Source of the DNA: Basidiobolus meristosporus CBS 931.73
Taxonomy: Eukaryota; Fungi; Basidiobolomycota
Assembly: GCA_002104905.1 (NCBI GenBank)
Contig: MCFE01000036.1
Span: 62,001 to 126,000 of the forward strand
Direction of reading: 5' to 3'
Length of the DNA stretch: 64,000 nucleotides
Part shown: positions 1-11,255 of the stretch, in pieces
Numbering within the stretch: the first letter of the stretch is position 1
Layout of the letters: each line of letters opens with the position of its first letter
Made by a program: the position numbers and the translations under genes
Notes under the pieces: generated by a model
Seen by the model: only the letters and a program-made list of their open reading frames with translations
Told to the model about the DNA's origin: nothing
Databases searched by the model: none

Positions 1-1650
1 ATTGGTTTGGTAGAGGGTCGGAAAGAGTGGTGGTGTAATGGCCAACTGCTCTCTTGGATGCACCATAGGCGGATGGGGCACCCATCGAGACCTCCTCCAC
101 ATAGTTGGAAGGGAACATTCCAGCCCGTCTGCCGTACTCGTCCACTATTTCTCCGATCCACCAACCCTCATCAATCTCATCCAATACGGTAATCGTGTCG
201 CCTTTTCGGATCGGAAGCTCGTCTTTGGAGCCACCATCAAAGTCATATAGCACACGGACTAGCTTCTTCATGCCCCTATCAACACTGGGCTTTTTGGCAG
301 GAGCAGAGTTGGCATATGTGTAGGGTATCATATCCTCTGAAGTTTCACTATTGGATCTAGGTAAATGCGCGAACGTTGGGTTACGGACAGGCTGTGGAAA
401 CGATGTGGCTTGGTCTTCGAAATTAGTCGGTAGTGGGGTGCGGTGTGATTTGGAACGAGAGACTGCGTTATCGCCCCGTGCAGATAAGGTGGGGCTTTTG
501 CGGGTAGATTTGTAGTAATTGGAGTATTCGCTGATAGCAAGACAGGTCAGTGTCCGCTCATGTAGCTTGTTGAATACTATGTACCTTTGATCGAATATGT
601 CGCGGATCTCAGTCAGGAGCTGGACGTTCTTCTGGAAATACTCCAACTCCAAATCATAGAACCTGGCGAGCTGATCCATGTACATCTCCTACGAGCTGCT
701 CTTAGCCTGGATGCCTGCTTTTTCTGATACGTGACAACCAACCTCAGCATTACTGATGGCCACCATTTTGCTGTATGTGTCGTCCGCAGATTCGTTGAAC
801 TTCAGTTCCGCCGCACGCATCTGCTCCTCCAGCTCCGGTTTTTCTTTCTTCGCCTTTTGCACTGCGTTCATCTTGGCGTTGTAATCCAACCGGCGGGATT
901 CCATCTTCTTTCGCAGTTGCTTCAAAGTTCGTTTCCGTGGTCAGTGAGGTTTTCAGGGCATTTCGAATCGCTGGCGCTCTTTACCTGCAGCTCTTTCAAC
1001 TCATTCAGGGCGTTTCCAAGGCCATTCACATAAGCCTCTCGTAGGTTGTTGGCCTAGAACAATTCGTCAATGAGGGGAATACAACCCACGAAACGGGCTT
1101 CTGTACGAACGTAATCCAGCTGGTTGTTGGCAATCTGCTCCTGTGCTTGACCAAACCTAATCATAGCCTGACCTAGCATTCAACCCCACGAACACTTGGA
1201 TAAATAAGTGGAGACGTGTAGTCAGGAACACGCGAAGAAAAATACCGTATGGGGATTCGTTAGGTAGCAGCTGCCCCTGGGCGACCAAGGAATTAGCTAG
1301 GCTCAGGATGGGGGAGATCTTGTTCTTATCCTCCGGGCCCTTCTTCTTTTTCTCTGGACAAAGTTAGCACTCTTGCCCGCGATAGCCTGCTCAAAGAACC
1401 ACACTACCCAAAGTTCGTAGATACGCTTCCGAAGCGTCATATAGCCGCTCGAAGGTATCCTTACGCTGGTCCGCCTCCTGCTCTAGCCGGAGAAACTCAT
1501 CACTGCACTCGGTCTTGTTCGCTTTACCAAGTTTCTCCCCGGTCCACTATAGCAACCACCAGGTTAGCCAGGAGGACGGCGGGAACTGTTCCGTGACAAC
1601 TGACCCAATACCTGTTTAAACTTCCCCAAATTTTTCCCGATAGCGGTCAT
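1..1650 (-). CDS. BAR-domain + SH3 protein (Mug137/endophilin-like), 8 exons, 3' end beyond the window
   Basis: Exons 1650-1612, 1546-1408, 1353-1246, 1172-1111, 1053-985, 919-743, 688-585, 530-<1. All introns are GT-AG (54-73 nt) with consistent phases. Translation MTAIGKNLGKFKQ/WTGEKLGKANKTECSDEFLRLEQEADQRKDTFERLY...QLRKKMESRRLDYNAK...YDLELEYFQK matches the fungal Mug137-type BAR pattern. The last exon is open to position 1. Confidence 0.9.
88..265 (-). other. SH3 domain within the last exon of the BAR gene
   Basis: KLVRVLYDFDGGSKDELPIRKGDTITVLDEIDEGWWIGEIVDEYGRRAGMFPSNYVEEV carries the LYDF, EL, WW and GxFPxNYV SH3 motifs. Confidence 0.92.
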
Positions 1651-1900
1651 ACAATCAAGACGGAGGTTCTCTCAAGGTGTGTTGTAGGTTTTGAAGGGAA
1701 ACCTAAGGCGTATGGAGGTCGCCCTTCCTTAGCCATCCTTGAAATCCGGTGATGTCACTTCACCACCAAATCGGTCCTTCTCATTGAGACTTTGGGCCAA
1801 TCAGGACTGGCTATGGATATCGGTACTGGTAGTGCTTATTACAAATAATGCCAATGCCTTAAATGGAAGATGCACCTAACTATTTCCTCCTGCATATACG

Positions 1901-1944
1901 GTGTAGTAGGGTGTAATAGGCTGTAATAGGGTGTAGTAAGGGTG
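1901..1944. repeat. Short tandem repeat, 4 x 10 bp (GTGTARTAGG)
   Basis: gtgtagtagg gtgtaatagg ctgtaatagg gtgtagtaag, about 250 bp upstream of the BAR start codon. Confidence 0.75.
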
Positions 1945-2167
1945 ATCACCAAAATCAAGTCATGCATCAACAGGTGGATGTTCATGATGTATGTTATATA
2001 TATCTGGTGTTGCTTACTGTACCAATGTCATTCAATGGCGCTCTTTTGCAATATAGCAAGACACACTAATAGTCTCCCTTTTTCAGTTCAAAGCTGGCCA
2101 AGACATAAGTGGCACTGGCACTATTGAATCTTGACTTTTACTTGTGAGCTGACTACTAACTTGGGAT

Positions 2168-2510
2168 TGCTGTATTTGTTTTGGAGATATTGGAAGTGAC
2201 TAGGACAAGTGGATTATATGGCTTTCACTTATTCATTTATTGAACTCACAAATGATATTTACACTTTTACAAGATTTTGGCAAATAAACACATGGAATAT
2301 GTGTAGGAAGGTTCCAAGAACATGTTTGCAAACTTTGAGGCTCTTTGGACCACTTGGAGATTTTCATGTCCTGGGTACCTGGTAATCTAGTGAAGTATTC
2401 AAGGTAAGCCTCAACAAGAAATTTCATCAGAATTATTAAATAATCATATTTATTATAATATATGTGACTATGTTAAGTAAGTATTTAGGCTTGGCTACAA
2501 AATGACAACA
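2168..2510 (-). repeat. Degenerate Copia-A LTR
   Basis: Reverse-complement similarity to LTR 4197-4545 (ttggagatattggaagtga..., ctgggtacctg...); ends ...gacaaca, followed by a PPT-like ccccac. Confidence 0.7.
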
Positions 2511-2656
2511 CCCCACATAACTAAATGCACATATTGCAAGGCTTGATTGTAGTCTTTAGTACTTGAGGCTGTCTCTGGCTATTAGTTTTGCTTATTTTGT
2601 CAGTAGGATTGTAAACAAGCTTGCCAAGTTCTCTTCTAAAGCCTCTCTTATGAAAC

Positions 2657-3487
2657 AGTTGCAATATTCTGAGGAGTATTGAAAGTGATGTGGAGGACTA
2701 CAGGATTTACATTATTCACTTGTTGATTTATTGATCAAAAGTATGGTATTTGTTCTTTTGATAAAGTAGAGCAAACAAACATGTAGAACTTGTTAAGAAA
2801 GGTCCCAAGAATATGTGTGAAAAGTTTGGGGTCTTTTGGAAAACTTTGAGAAAGATCATATTCTGGGTACCTGATAATTTGGTGCAAGTATTCTAAGTAA
2901 ATCTCAACAATAAATTTGGTCAGGATGGAATGCTAATCACAGAATAAGATATATGTGACTAAGCTAGCATGAATACTTAGGTGACAACTTAATAATTACA
3001 ACACTCCCACTCAACAGAACATTCATAAGTAATAAATACATGTTGAGAGTGTGCCATTTGTAATGGAGAGCATAAAATTTAACTTTGTTACATACTGGAG
3101 TAGTATACTATCCAACAGTATATGCATTTGTGTTCAACTTATGTAAACAAGTAACTTGTAATTCAAGTGCATACCTACTCAATAGTATGCCTAAAATTTA
3201 GGATGATCTGACTAAAATACTAATCATCATCTTTGATCACTTGCATGGGCTTGAATATTGATATGAGTCTGCTTATCAGATTGAAATAGTGAAATATAGG
3301 ATCTGGTCTATCCAATGCTTCTTATTTGAGCAAAATTTACCCACTTTTGGTCAAGTTAGGGCTTTGCTATTTATGGCAGATCTGGAGTTTCCTTATATCC
3401 AAGCAACAGTCTAATTCATTTGGACAATTTCACTGTGTGTCCATATTTGGCTCAGGGACAGATAGTTCCATCATATATACTGTATAA
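2657..3487 (-). mobile_element. Degenerate Copia-A 3' LTR (2657-3003) with PPT and decayed RT/RNase H remnant
   Basis: LTR similarity; ends ...attacaaca, followed by ctcccactca (reverse complement of PPT tgagtgggag). Downstream sequence resembles the reverse complement of 7780-7850. Confidence 0.65.
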
Positions 3488-4545
3488 TGCTATAAGAGTC
3501 TTTGAGATAATACAAGTGATTGGAATAACAAGTATATTATGCGGTTTCCACTTAACAATTTATCAAATGTAAAAGTGGCATTCATACTTTACATTGTCTT
3601 GGCATAATGAACATGTAGAATAGGTTTGGAAAGGTCCCAAGAACATGTGTGCAAAGCTCAGCACTGTTTGGACAACTTTGAGAATTCTCATGTTCTGGGT
3701 ACCTGATAATTTGGTGAAAATATTCCAAGTAAATCCAAAAAAGGAATTTGGTCAGTATTCTCTGGGACTTGTAGGTAATGATCCCAGTGACTAAGCTAGA
3801 TGAATATTTAGGTGGAATTACAAATTTTTACAACACTCCCACTCAACAAAATGTTCCTACTGACTAGTCCTAGTTTTGACCAAGATATTCAAACTTATCT
3901 CTAGCTAATGGTTTGGTAAATATGTCTGCAATCATTTCATCTGTTGGACAGTAAGCTAAGCTAACCAAGTTATTCTCTATAGCTTCACATATGAAATGAT
4001 GTCTAGTTTCTATGTGTTTAGTTCTAGCATGAAAAGTTGGATTTCTACCTAATTGTATACATCCTTGATTATCTTGAAACTGTTGTCAGAGTCTTGGGGA
4101 TATTGGAAGTGATTGGGAGAACAAATAGATCATGTGGTTTTCACTTAATTATTCATTGAATGTTAAAGTAGTATTTATACTTCTACATGATCTTGGTGTT
4201 GTAAAAATTTGTATTTCCACCTAAATATTCACCTAACTTAGTCACTTAGATCATCACCTTCAAATCCTAGAGAATACTGACCAAATTCCTTGTCGGGATT
4301 TACTTAGAATATTTTCACCAAAATGCCAGGTACCCAGAACATGAAAATTCTCAAAGTTGTCCAAACAGCCCCAAACTTTGCACACATGTTCTTGGGACCT
4401 TCCTTAACCTATTCTACGTGTTTGTAATGCCAAGACCAGGTAAAAGTATAAATACTACTTTTACATTCAATAAATCATTAAGTGAAAACCACATATTCTA
4501 CTTATTCTCCCAATCACTTCCAATATCTCCAAGACTCTTACAACA

Positions 4546-4559
4546 GGTTATGAGCCCTG
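4546..4559 (+). promoter_or_regulatory. Primer-binding site complementary to the anticodon arm of initiator tRNA-Met
   Basis: GGTTATGAGCCCTG directly follows the LTR and is complementary to CAGGGCUCAUAACC of yeast-type tRNA-iMet (Ty5/copia-type half-tRNA priming). Confidence 0.85.
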
Positions 4560-4576
4560 AGCTGTCACTCTTTACA

Positions 4577-7500
4577 ATGTCTACTACTGCTATTACTGGA
4601 ATTTTTCCCTCTGCTGAAAAGTTGGATGGATCTAACTACCAAGTGTGGAAGGTCAAGATGAAGATGCTGCTACAAGAAAGAGGCCTTTGGGATATTGTCA
4701 TGGGAGAAGAATGCCCTCCTAAAAATGTGGGAGAGGAAGCCTTAAAGTACCAGAAGAAAGAACAAAGTGCCTTTAACTGCATTTGCCTTAATGTCAAGGA
4801 CAAATTGCTGATTCAATGCTCAAGAGCAAAAACGGCAAAGAATGCCTGGAAGGCATTAGAAGACACCTACCAGTCATGTTCAGCTGCCAAGAAAATGTAT
4901 CTGAGACAAAAATTCTTTACTACAAAGATGCTGCCAGGAGAAGAAATGAAAAATCTAATTAACAGATTTACCCTGCTGGTAGATGAGATGGAATCTGTGG
5001 GCGTACCAACTACTGATGAGAATGTGATAGTTACCATCCTGAATAGCCTGACAGACAAGTTTCAGGGCCTTGTATCAGCCCTAGAGTCCAGAACTGAAGA
5101 TTTGACCTTAAATTACATATATGGAAGGCTCCTGGATGAAGAATTAAGAAAATCAAGTGCCAATAAGAAGGAAGAAGAAAATGCTTTAATAAGCAATGAT
5201 AACCAACAAAAGAGGTACCCAAGACCCTACAAAGGCAACAACAACCTATTTTGCAACTACTGCAAAAGGAAAGGACACACATCAGACCAGTGTCTCAAAA
5301 AGAGAGATTATCAGCAAAAGAAGCCTGAATATGGAAATGCTGCAACAACTAAAGATAGATTATTCATATCTGCACTAAATATGACCACAAACAAGGATTC
5401 TCAGACGTGGTATATTGACTCTGGAGCTTCTCAACACTTTACACACCAAAAAGAACTTTTTACCCAATATCAAGAAATTCCAATTAAGAAGGTTTTCATG
5501 GGTGACAATAGAACACTTGATGCAGTGGGAGAAGGAACTATCCAAGTAAACCTTAGAAGCAGTGAAGGAAGCCATACACTGACCTTTAAAGAAGTACTCT
5601 ATGTACCAGAAATAGTCAAGAACCTACTCTCTGTAAGCAAGGCCACAGCAGAAGGACTCAGTTTCAGTTTTGACAATTCTAGATGCAGGATCACTGATCT
5701 AAATGGTGCTCATATTGCTTTGGGCATCAGAGATCAGAATCTATACAAGTTGACTTATATTCCATCATATCTGGAAGCCAATATAAGTAACTTAAATGAA
5801 GAAACACCAATGCTATGGCACAGGAGATTTGGGCACATCAATTTTGATTATTCATGCAAAATGATCAAAGATCAGCTAATTTCTGGAGTGAAAATTGATC
5901 CCCCAGCTAATTTGGAGCACTGTGAAGCCTGCATATATGGGAAACAAGCCAGACAACTGTTCAAGAGCTCTGGGTTAATCAAAACTAAGAAAAAATTAGA
6001 TCTAATTCACTTAGATCTGTGTGGACCTATGCAAAATTTATCCTTAGGCGGGATGAAGAATTTAATCACTTTTATTGATGATTATACAAGATACACATGG
6101 GTCTACTTCATGGAGAGAAAGGAAGAAGCTCTGTCTAAGCTCAGGGAGTTTAAAGCCATCGTGGAGAGAGAAACTGGTGAAAAAATCAAGAAAATACGCT
6201 CTGACAATGGTGGAGAATATACCTCAAAACTCTTCATCCACTTCTGCAGAATTCATGGGATAAAGCAAGAGACTACTGTACCATACTTCCCACAGCAAAA
6301 TGGAGTAGCAGAACAAGCTAACAGATCAATAATTGATATGGCAAGATCTATGATCCATGATCAAATATCATCCTATGGTGTTTGGGCGGAATCAGTTGCC
6401 ACTGCTGTATACCTTAAAAATAGGAGTTATAACAGAATACTTTGTGATTCTACTCCATTTGAAGCATGGTATGGATACAGACCAAGTGCAGAACATCTAA
6501 GAATATTTAGGTGTACAGCATCTGCCAAAAAACTGGCCGGAAATCAGTCAAAATTTGAGCCAAAAAGTGTAAAATGCATATTTTTGGGCTACTGCAATGA
6601 GAGTAAGGCATACAGACTCTACAATACCAAAGCAAAGAAGCTTATCAAGTCCAGGGATGTGTTGTTTGATGAAAATTCTAAATTTTCACAAAAAATGACA
6701 TCAGATGATGACAAAAATTTGATCTCAAGTCCACCAATTGTCAGGATTGAATCAGAGCAAAACAATGAAATTTTTTTTCACTCCAGAGGACTCTACAACT
6801 GTGGTTCAGCCAGAATCAGTGCCCAGGAATATCCCAGAAGTGATCATTCCAGTATCAAATGCCCAGAGATTCAATTGGACAAGAAATAGCCCAAATTACT
6901 ATATCAATGAGGGTACAAACTTAGCCTATGCCTATTCAGTCCATATTGATGAGCCCCAGACTGTAAAAGAGGCCCTAAATAGCCCTCAGACAAAGTTTTG
7001 GAGATCTGTAATGACTGAGGAATATCAGGCCCTGATGGAAAATTAAACTTGGGACTTAGTCAAATTACCAATCAACCAAAAATCAATTGGATGCAGATGG
7101 GTCTTCAAGACAAAATCAAGGCTGATGGTACAATTGAAAGATACAAAGCAAGACTTGTAGCCAAAGGATACTCTCAAACAAAAGGACTTGACTATACTGA
7201 GACCTTTGCACCGGTAGTCAAGTTTAACTCCATCAGATTAATATTGGCTATTGCAGCCAAATATAAGTTATTTATTCATCAAATGGATGTAAAAACTGCA
7301 TTTTTGAATGGAGAACTTGATGAGGACGTGTATATGGACCAGCCTGATTGGTTTGTTGACCAAGATAACCCCCATTTGGTCTGCAAGCTTAAAAAGTCAC
7401 TATATGGTCTCAAACAATCACCAAGAGCCTGGAATTGCAAGATAGATTCTTATTTGGAATCTTTGAGTTTCAAAAGAAGTAATGCTGACTATAGTATATA

Positions 7501-8521
7501 CTATAAGCCAGATAGAGCAAATCCAGTTCTATTAGCTCTATATGTGGATGGTCTTATTATAGCCACCAATAACCTAGAAACATTGGAAGAGACTAAATCC
7601 AGCCTATTTAAGGAGTTCAAGATGTCCGATCTAGGAGAACTTAGTTACTACTTAGGGATTAAGTTCTCCATAGACAGAAGTACCCAGACTATTACCCTAA
7701 GCCTATCCAAGTATATTCAAGATATACTAAAGAAGTACAAAATGGAAGACTGTAAACCGGCAGCTGCCCCAATGGAGACAAACCTTAACTTGGTCAAAAC
7801 TCAACCAAATCAAGAGAGCTTGGTGCCATCTGAAAGCCCTGACTTTCCTTATCAATTTATGGTTGGCAGTCTGATGTATATTATGCCTGGAACACGTCCA
7901 GATATCTCATATTCAGTGGGAATTGTCAGCCAACATAATCAGAATTATGGATCTGATCATATTGCAGCAGTTGAGCGGATTTTTAGATACCTAAAAGGAA
8001 CTGCTGATATCTGCTTAAGATACACTTATAAGGATTCAGAACAGGATCTTGTGGGATACTCTGCTGCTGATTGGGAACGAAATTTGGAAGACAGAAGATC
8101 CACCACAGGATACACCTTTCTTTACTGTAAAGGAGCAATTTCATGGAATTCAAGAAAGCAACCAACCGTAGCACTTTCTACTACAGAGGCAGAGTATATG
8201 GCAGCCTGTGAAGCTACAAAAGAAGCAATGTGGCTAAGAAAGCTCCTTAAAGATTTAGGCCTATGTCAAAAAACGCCTATTACTCTATTTCAAGATAATC
8301 AAGGATGTATACAATTAGGTAGAAATCCAGCTTTTCATGCTAGAATCAAGCACATAGATATTAGACATCATTTCATATGTGAAGCTATAGAGAATAACTT
8401 GGTTAGCTTAGCTTACTGTCCTACAGATGAAATGATTGCAGACATATTTACCAAACCATTAGCTAGAGACAAGTTTGAATATCTTAGGTCAAAATTAGGA
8501 CTAGTCAGTATGAACATTTAG
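4577..8521 (+). pseudogene. Copia-A gag-pol polyprotein, disrupted
   Basis: KLDGSNYQVW gag start, CNYCKRKGH knuckle, WYIDSGAS protease, WHRRFGH...CEAC and RSDNGGEY integrase, RT (MDVKTAFLNG, YVDG instead of YVDD), RNase H. Frameshift at the T-run near 6775, stop at 7044-7046, second frameshift near 7105. Confidence 0.92.
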
Positions 8522-9182
8522 CTGAGTGGGAGTGTTGTAAAAATGTGTATTTCCACCTAAATATTTACCTAACTTAGTCACTTGAATCATCACCTTCAAA
8601 TCCTAGAGAATACTGACCAAATTCCTTGTTGGGATTACTTAGAATATTTTCACCAAAATGCCAGGTACCCAGAACATGAAAATTCTCAAAGTTGTCCAAA
8701 CAGCACCAGACTTTGCACACATGTTCTTGGGACCTTCCTTAACCTATTCTACGTGTTTGTAATGCCAAGACCAGGTAAAAGTATAAATACTACTTTTACA
8801 TTCAATAAATCATTAAGTGAAAACCACATAATCTACTTATTCTCCCATTCACTTCCAGTATCTCCAAGACTCTTACAACACCTGGCATAGCAAACACATA
8901 GAATAGGTTCAGGAAGGTCCCAAGAGCATGTGTGCAAAGTTTGGTGCTGTTTGGACAAATTTGAGAATTTTCCTGTTCTGGGTACCTGGTATTCTGGTGA
9001 AAATATTCTAAGAAAATCCCAACAAGGAATTTGGTCAGTATTCTCTAGGATTTGAAGGTAATGATCTAAGGGACTAAGTTAGGTCAATACTTAGGTGGAA
9101 TTACAAATTTTTACATCACTTACTTCTAGCATGAAAAGTTGGATTTCTACCTAATTGTATACATCCTTGATTATCTTGAAAT

Positions 9183-9531
9183 TGTTGCAAGAGTCTTGGA
9201 GATATTGGATGTCATTGGGAGAACAAGTAGATTATGTGGCATTTACATAATAATTTATTGAATGTAAAAGTAGTAATTATACTTCTACATGATTTTGGCA
9301 TAACAAATGTGTAGAATAGGCTTAGGAAGGTCCCAAGAGCATGTATGCAAAGTTTGGGGCTGTTAAGATAACTTTGAGAATTTTCATGTTCTGGGAACCT
9401 AATATCTTGGTGAAGATATTTCTAAGTAAATCCAACAGGGAATTTGGACAGTATTCCCTAGGATTTGAAGGTAATGATATAAGTGACTTAGTTAGATGAG
9501 TATTTAGGTGGAATTATAAGTTTTTACAACA
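9183..9531 (-). repeat. Copia-A solo LTR inserted in the RNase H of the older Copia-A
   Basis: tgttgcaagagtc...tttttacaaca flanked by gaaat/gaaat; the flanks join to the RNase H sequence ...ttatcttgaaataaagtaatagg.... Confidence 0.85.
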
Positions 9532-10719
9532 GAAATAAAGTAATAGGTATTTTTGATGTAAGCCTAAATCAATAAAAAGCTTCCTTAGCCATATTGCTTC
9601 TTTTGTAGCTTCATAGGCTACCATATACTCTGCCTCTGTGATAGAAAGTGCTAGAGTGGGTTGCTTTCATGAGTTCAGTGAAATTGTTCCTTTACAGTAA
9701 GTAAAGGTGTATCTTGTGGTGGAATTTCTGTCCTCTAAATTTGGTCCCCAATCAGCATCACAGTTTCCCATAAAATCTTGTTCTGAGTCCTTAGAGGTGT
9801 ACCTTAAGCAGATATCAGCAGTTCCTTTTAGGTATCTACAAATCTGCTTAACTGCTGCAATATGATCAGATCCATAGTCCTGATTGTGCTGGCTGACCAC
9901 TCCCACTGAATATGAGATATCTGGACATGCTCTAAGCATGATATGTTTCAGACTGCCAGCCATAGATTGATAAGGAGAGTCAGGGCTTTCAGATTGTACC
10001 AAGCTCTCTTGATTTGGTTGAGTTTGGACTAAGTTAAGGCTTGTCTGCATTGGAGTAGCAACTGGTTTACAGTCTTCCATTTGGTACTTCTTTAGTATTT
10101 CTTTGATATACTGGGATTGACTTAGAGCATTGACTGGGTACTTCTATCTATTGAGAACTTTATCCCTGAGTAGCAACTGAGTTCTCCTAGATTAGACATG
10201 TTGAACTATATAGACAGGCTCAATTTAGTCACTTCTAATCTTCCTGGGTTATTGGTGGCTATAATACAATCATGCACATATCAAACTAATGGAGCTGGAT
10301 TTGCTGTATTGGGCTTATAGTATATACCATTGTCAGCTTTACTCCATTTGAAACTCAAATATTCCAAATAAGAATCTATCTTGCAGTTCCAGGCACATGG
10401 TGATTGTTTGAGTCCATATGGAGATATTTTTAAGCTTTCAGACCAAATGGTAGCTATTTAGGTCAACAAACCCATCAGGCTGGTCCATATACACATCTGC
10501 ATCAACTTCTCCATTCAAAAATGAAGCTTATACATCCATTTGATGTATAAAGAACTTACATTTGGCTGCAATAGCAAATATCAATTTGATGGAATTAAAC
10601 TTGGCTGCCAGTGAAAAGGTCTCAGTATAGTCAAGTCCTTTTGTTTGAGAGTATCCTTTGGCCACAAATCTTGCTTTGTATCATTCAGATTGTACCATCA
10701 GCCTTGTATTTTATCTTAA

Positions 10720-11255
10720 AGACCCATCTGCATCCAGTAGATTCTAACTTTGCTTTATTTTTTGGCAGTATATATATGGAAGTGAGTCAAACCAAAGGGG
10801 AAATGGTGTTACATATACATGTATATGTTGTGCAACAACTCTATTTATAATGCTTACTATTGCAGGTCATCATTGAATCTTACATTCATGTAGGTGCAAT
10901 GTCTCAAATACAAGACTGTCTTAAGTTCACATGAGTATTGACAAAAAAGTGATACAGTAGCTTTACGTTGTTAAGTGTCAAACTGTTTGCTTCATGGACA
11001 AGACTACTTTGATTCAACACCATAAGAGAAGAGAAAAAAGACCATGCGGTCATTGTAGCAAGCCTCTCAGCCATAAAGCATGCAGACAGCATAAGAAGTA
11101 TTACAAGAATCATGGCCAGTATTTTGCCACACAAGTCATATTTGATAAGTCATCAATCACTACTGTACCAACAATATCTTGTGGCCACTTGACACTTCTA
11201 TAAAGGCATCTGGCTGTACTTGTCATCTTGCACAAACTGAGCCAGGTGAGTTTGT
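10720..11255 (+). mobile_element. Fragment of the CACTA family (5' region of the transposase gene)
   Basis: Colinear with 47060-47590; ORF 10994..11203 MDKTTLIQHHKRREKRPCGHCSK corresponds to 47328..47825. Confidence 0.8.

Larger units (their letters stand above)
4197..8880 (+). mobile_element. Full-length Ty1/Copia element (family A)
   Basis: LTRs 4197-4545 and 8533-8880 (TG...CA, about 11 differences by eye), PBS ggttatgagccctg, PPT tgagtgggag 8523-8532, near-perfect 5-bp TSD cttgg/cctgg. Confidence 0.95.
4081..9118 (-). repeat. Copia-A LTR (4081-4196 + 8886-9118) split by the full-length Copia-A insertion
   Basis: Starts tgttgtcagagtc, ends tttttacatca; the halves join across ...tcttgg|catagcaaacac..., matching the reverse complement of the family LTR. 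Confidence 0.85.
3488..10720 (-). mobile_element. Older, 5'-truncated Copia-A element interrupted by younger copies of the same family
   Basis: 3' LTR 3488-3835, then the PPT complement ctcccactca and the RNase H end (3850-4080). RT/RNase H resumes at 9532-10720 (ORF 9667..10080 MEDCKPVATPMQT...ADWG...STTRY). Confidence 0.85.

Noticed and set aside
7-1033. Plus-strand ORFs 7..192, 38..250, 105..323, 731..1033 and minus-strand 328..540
   Set aside because: These are antisense or out-of-frame overlaps of the spliced BAR-SH3 gene.
4418-4576. N-terminal extension of the Copia-A ORF (and ORF 8582..8890)
   Set aside because: These are chance open frames inside the LTR; the gag similarity starts near 4577.
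6760-7110. Programmed frameshift or readthrough in Copia-A pol
   Set aside because: Copia-B has a continuous frame over the same region, the shift sits in a T homopolymer, and the RT also has a YVDG mutation; this indicates decay.
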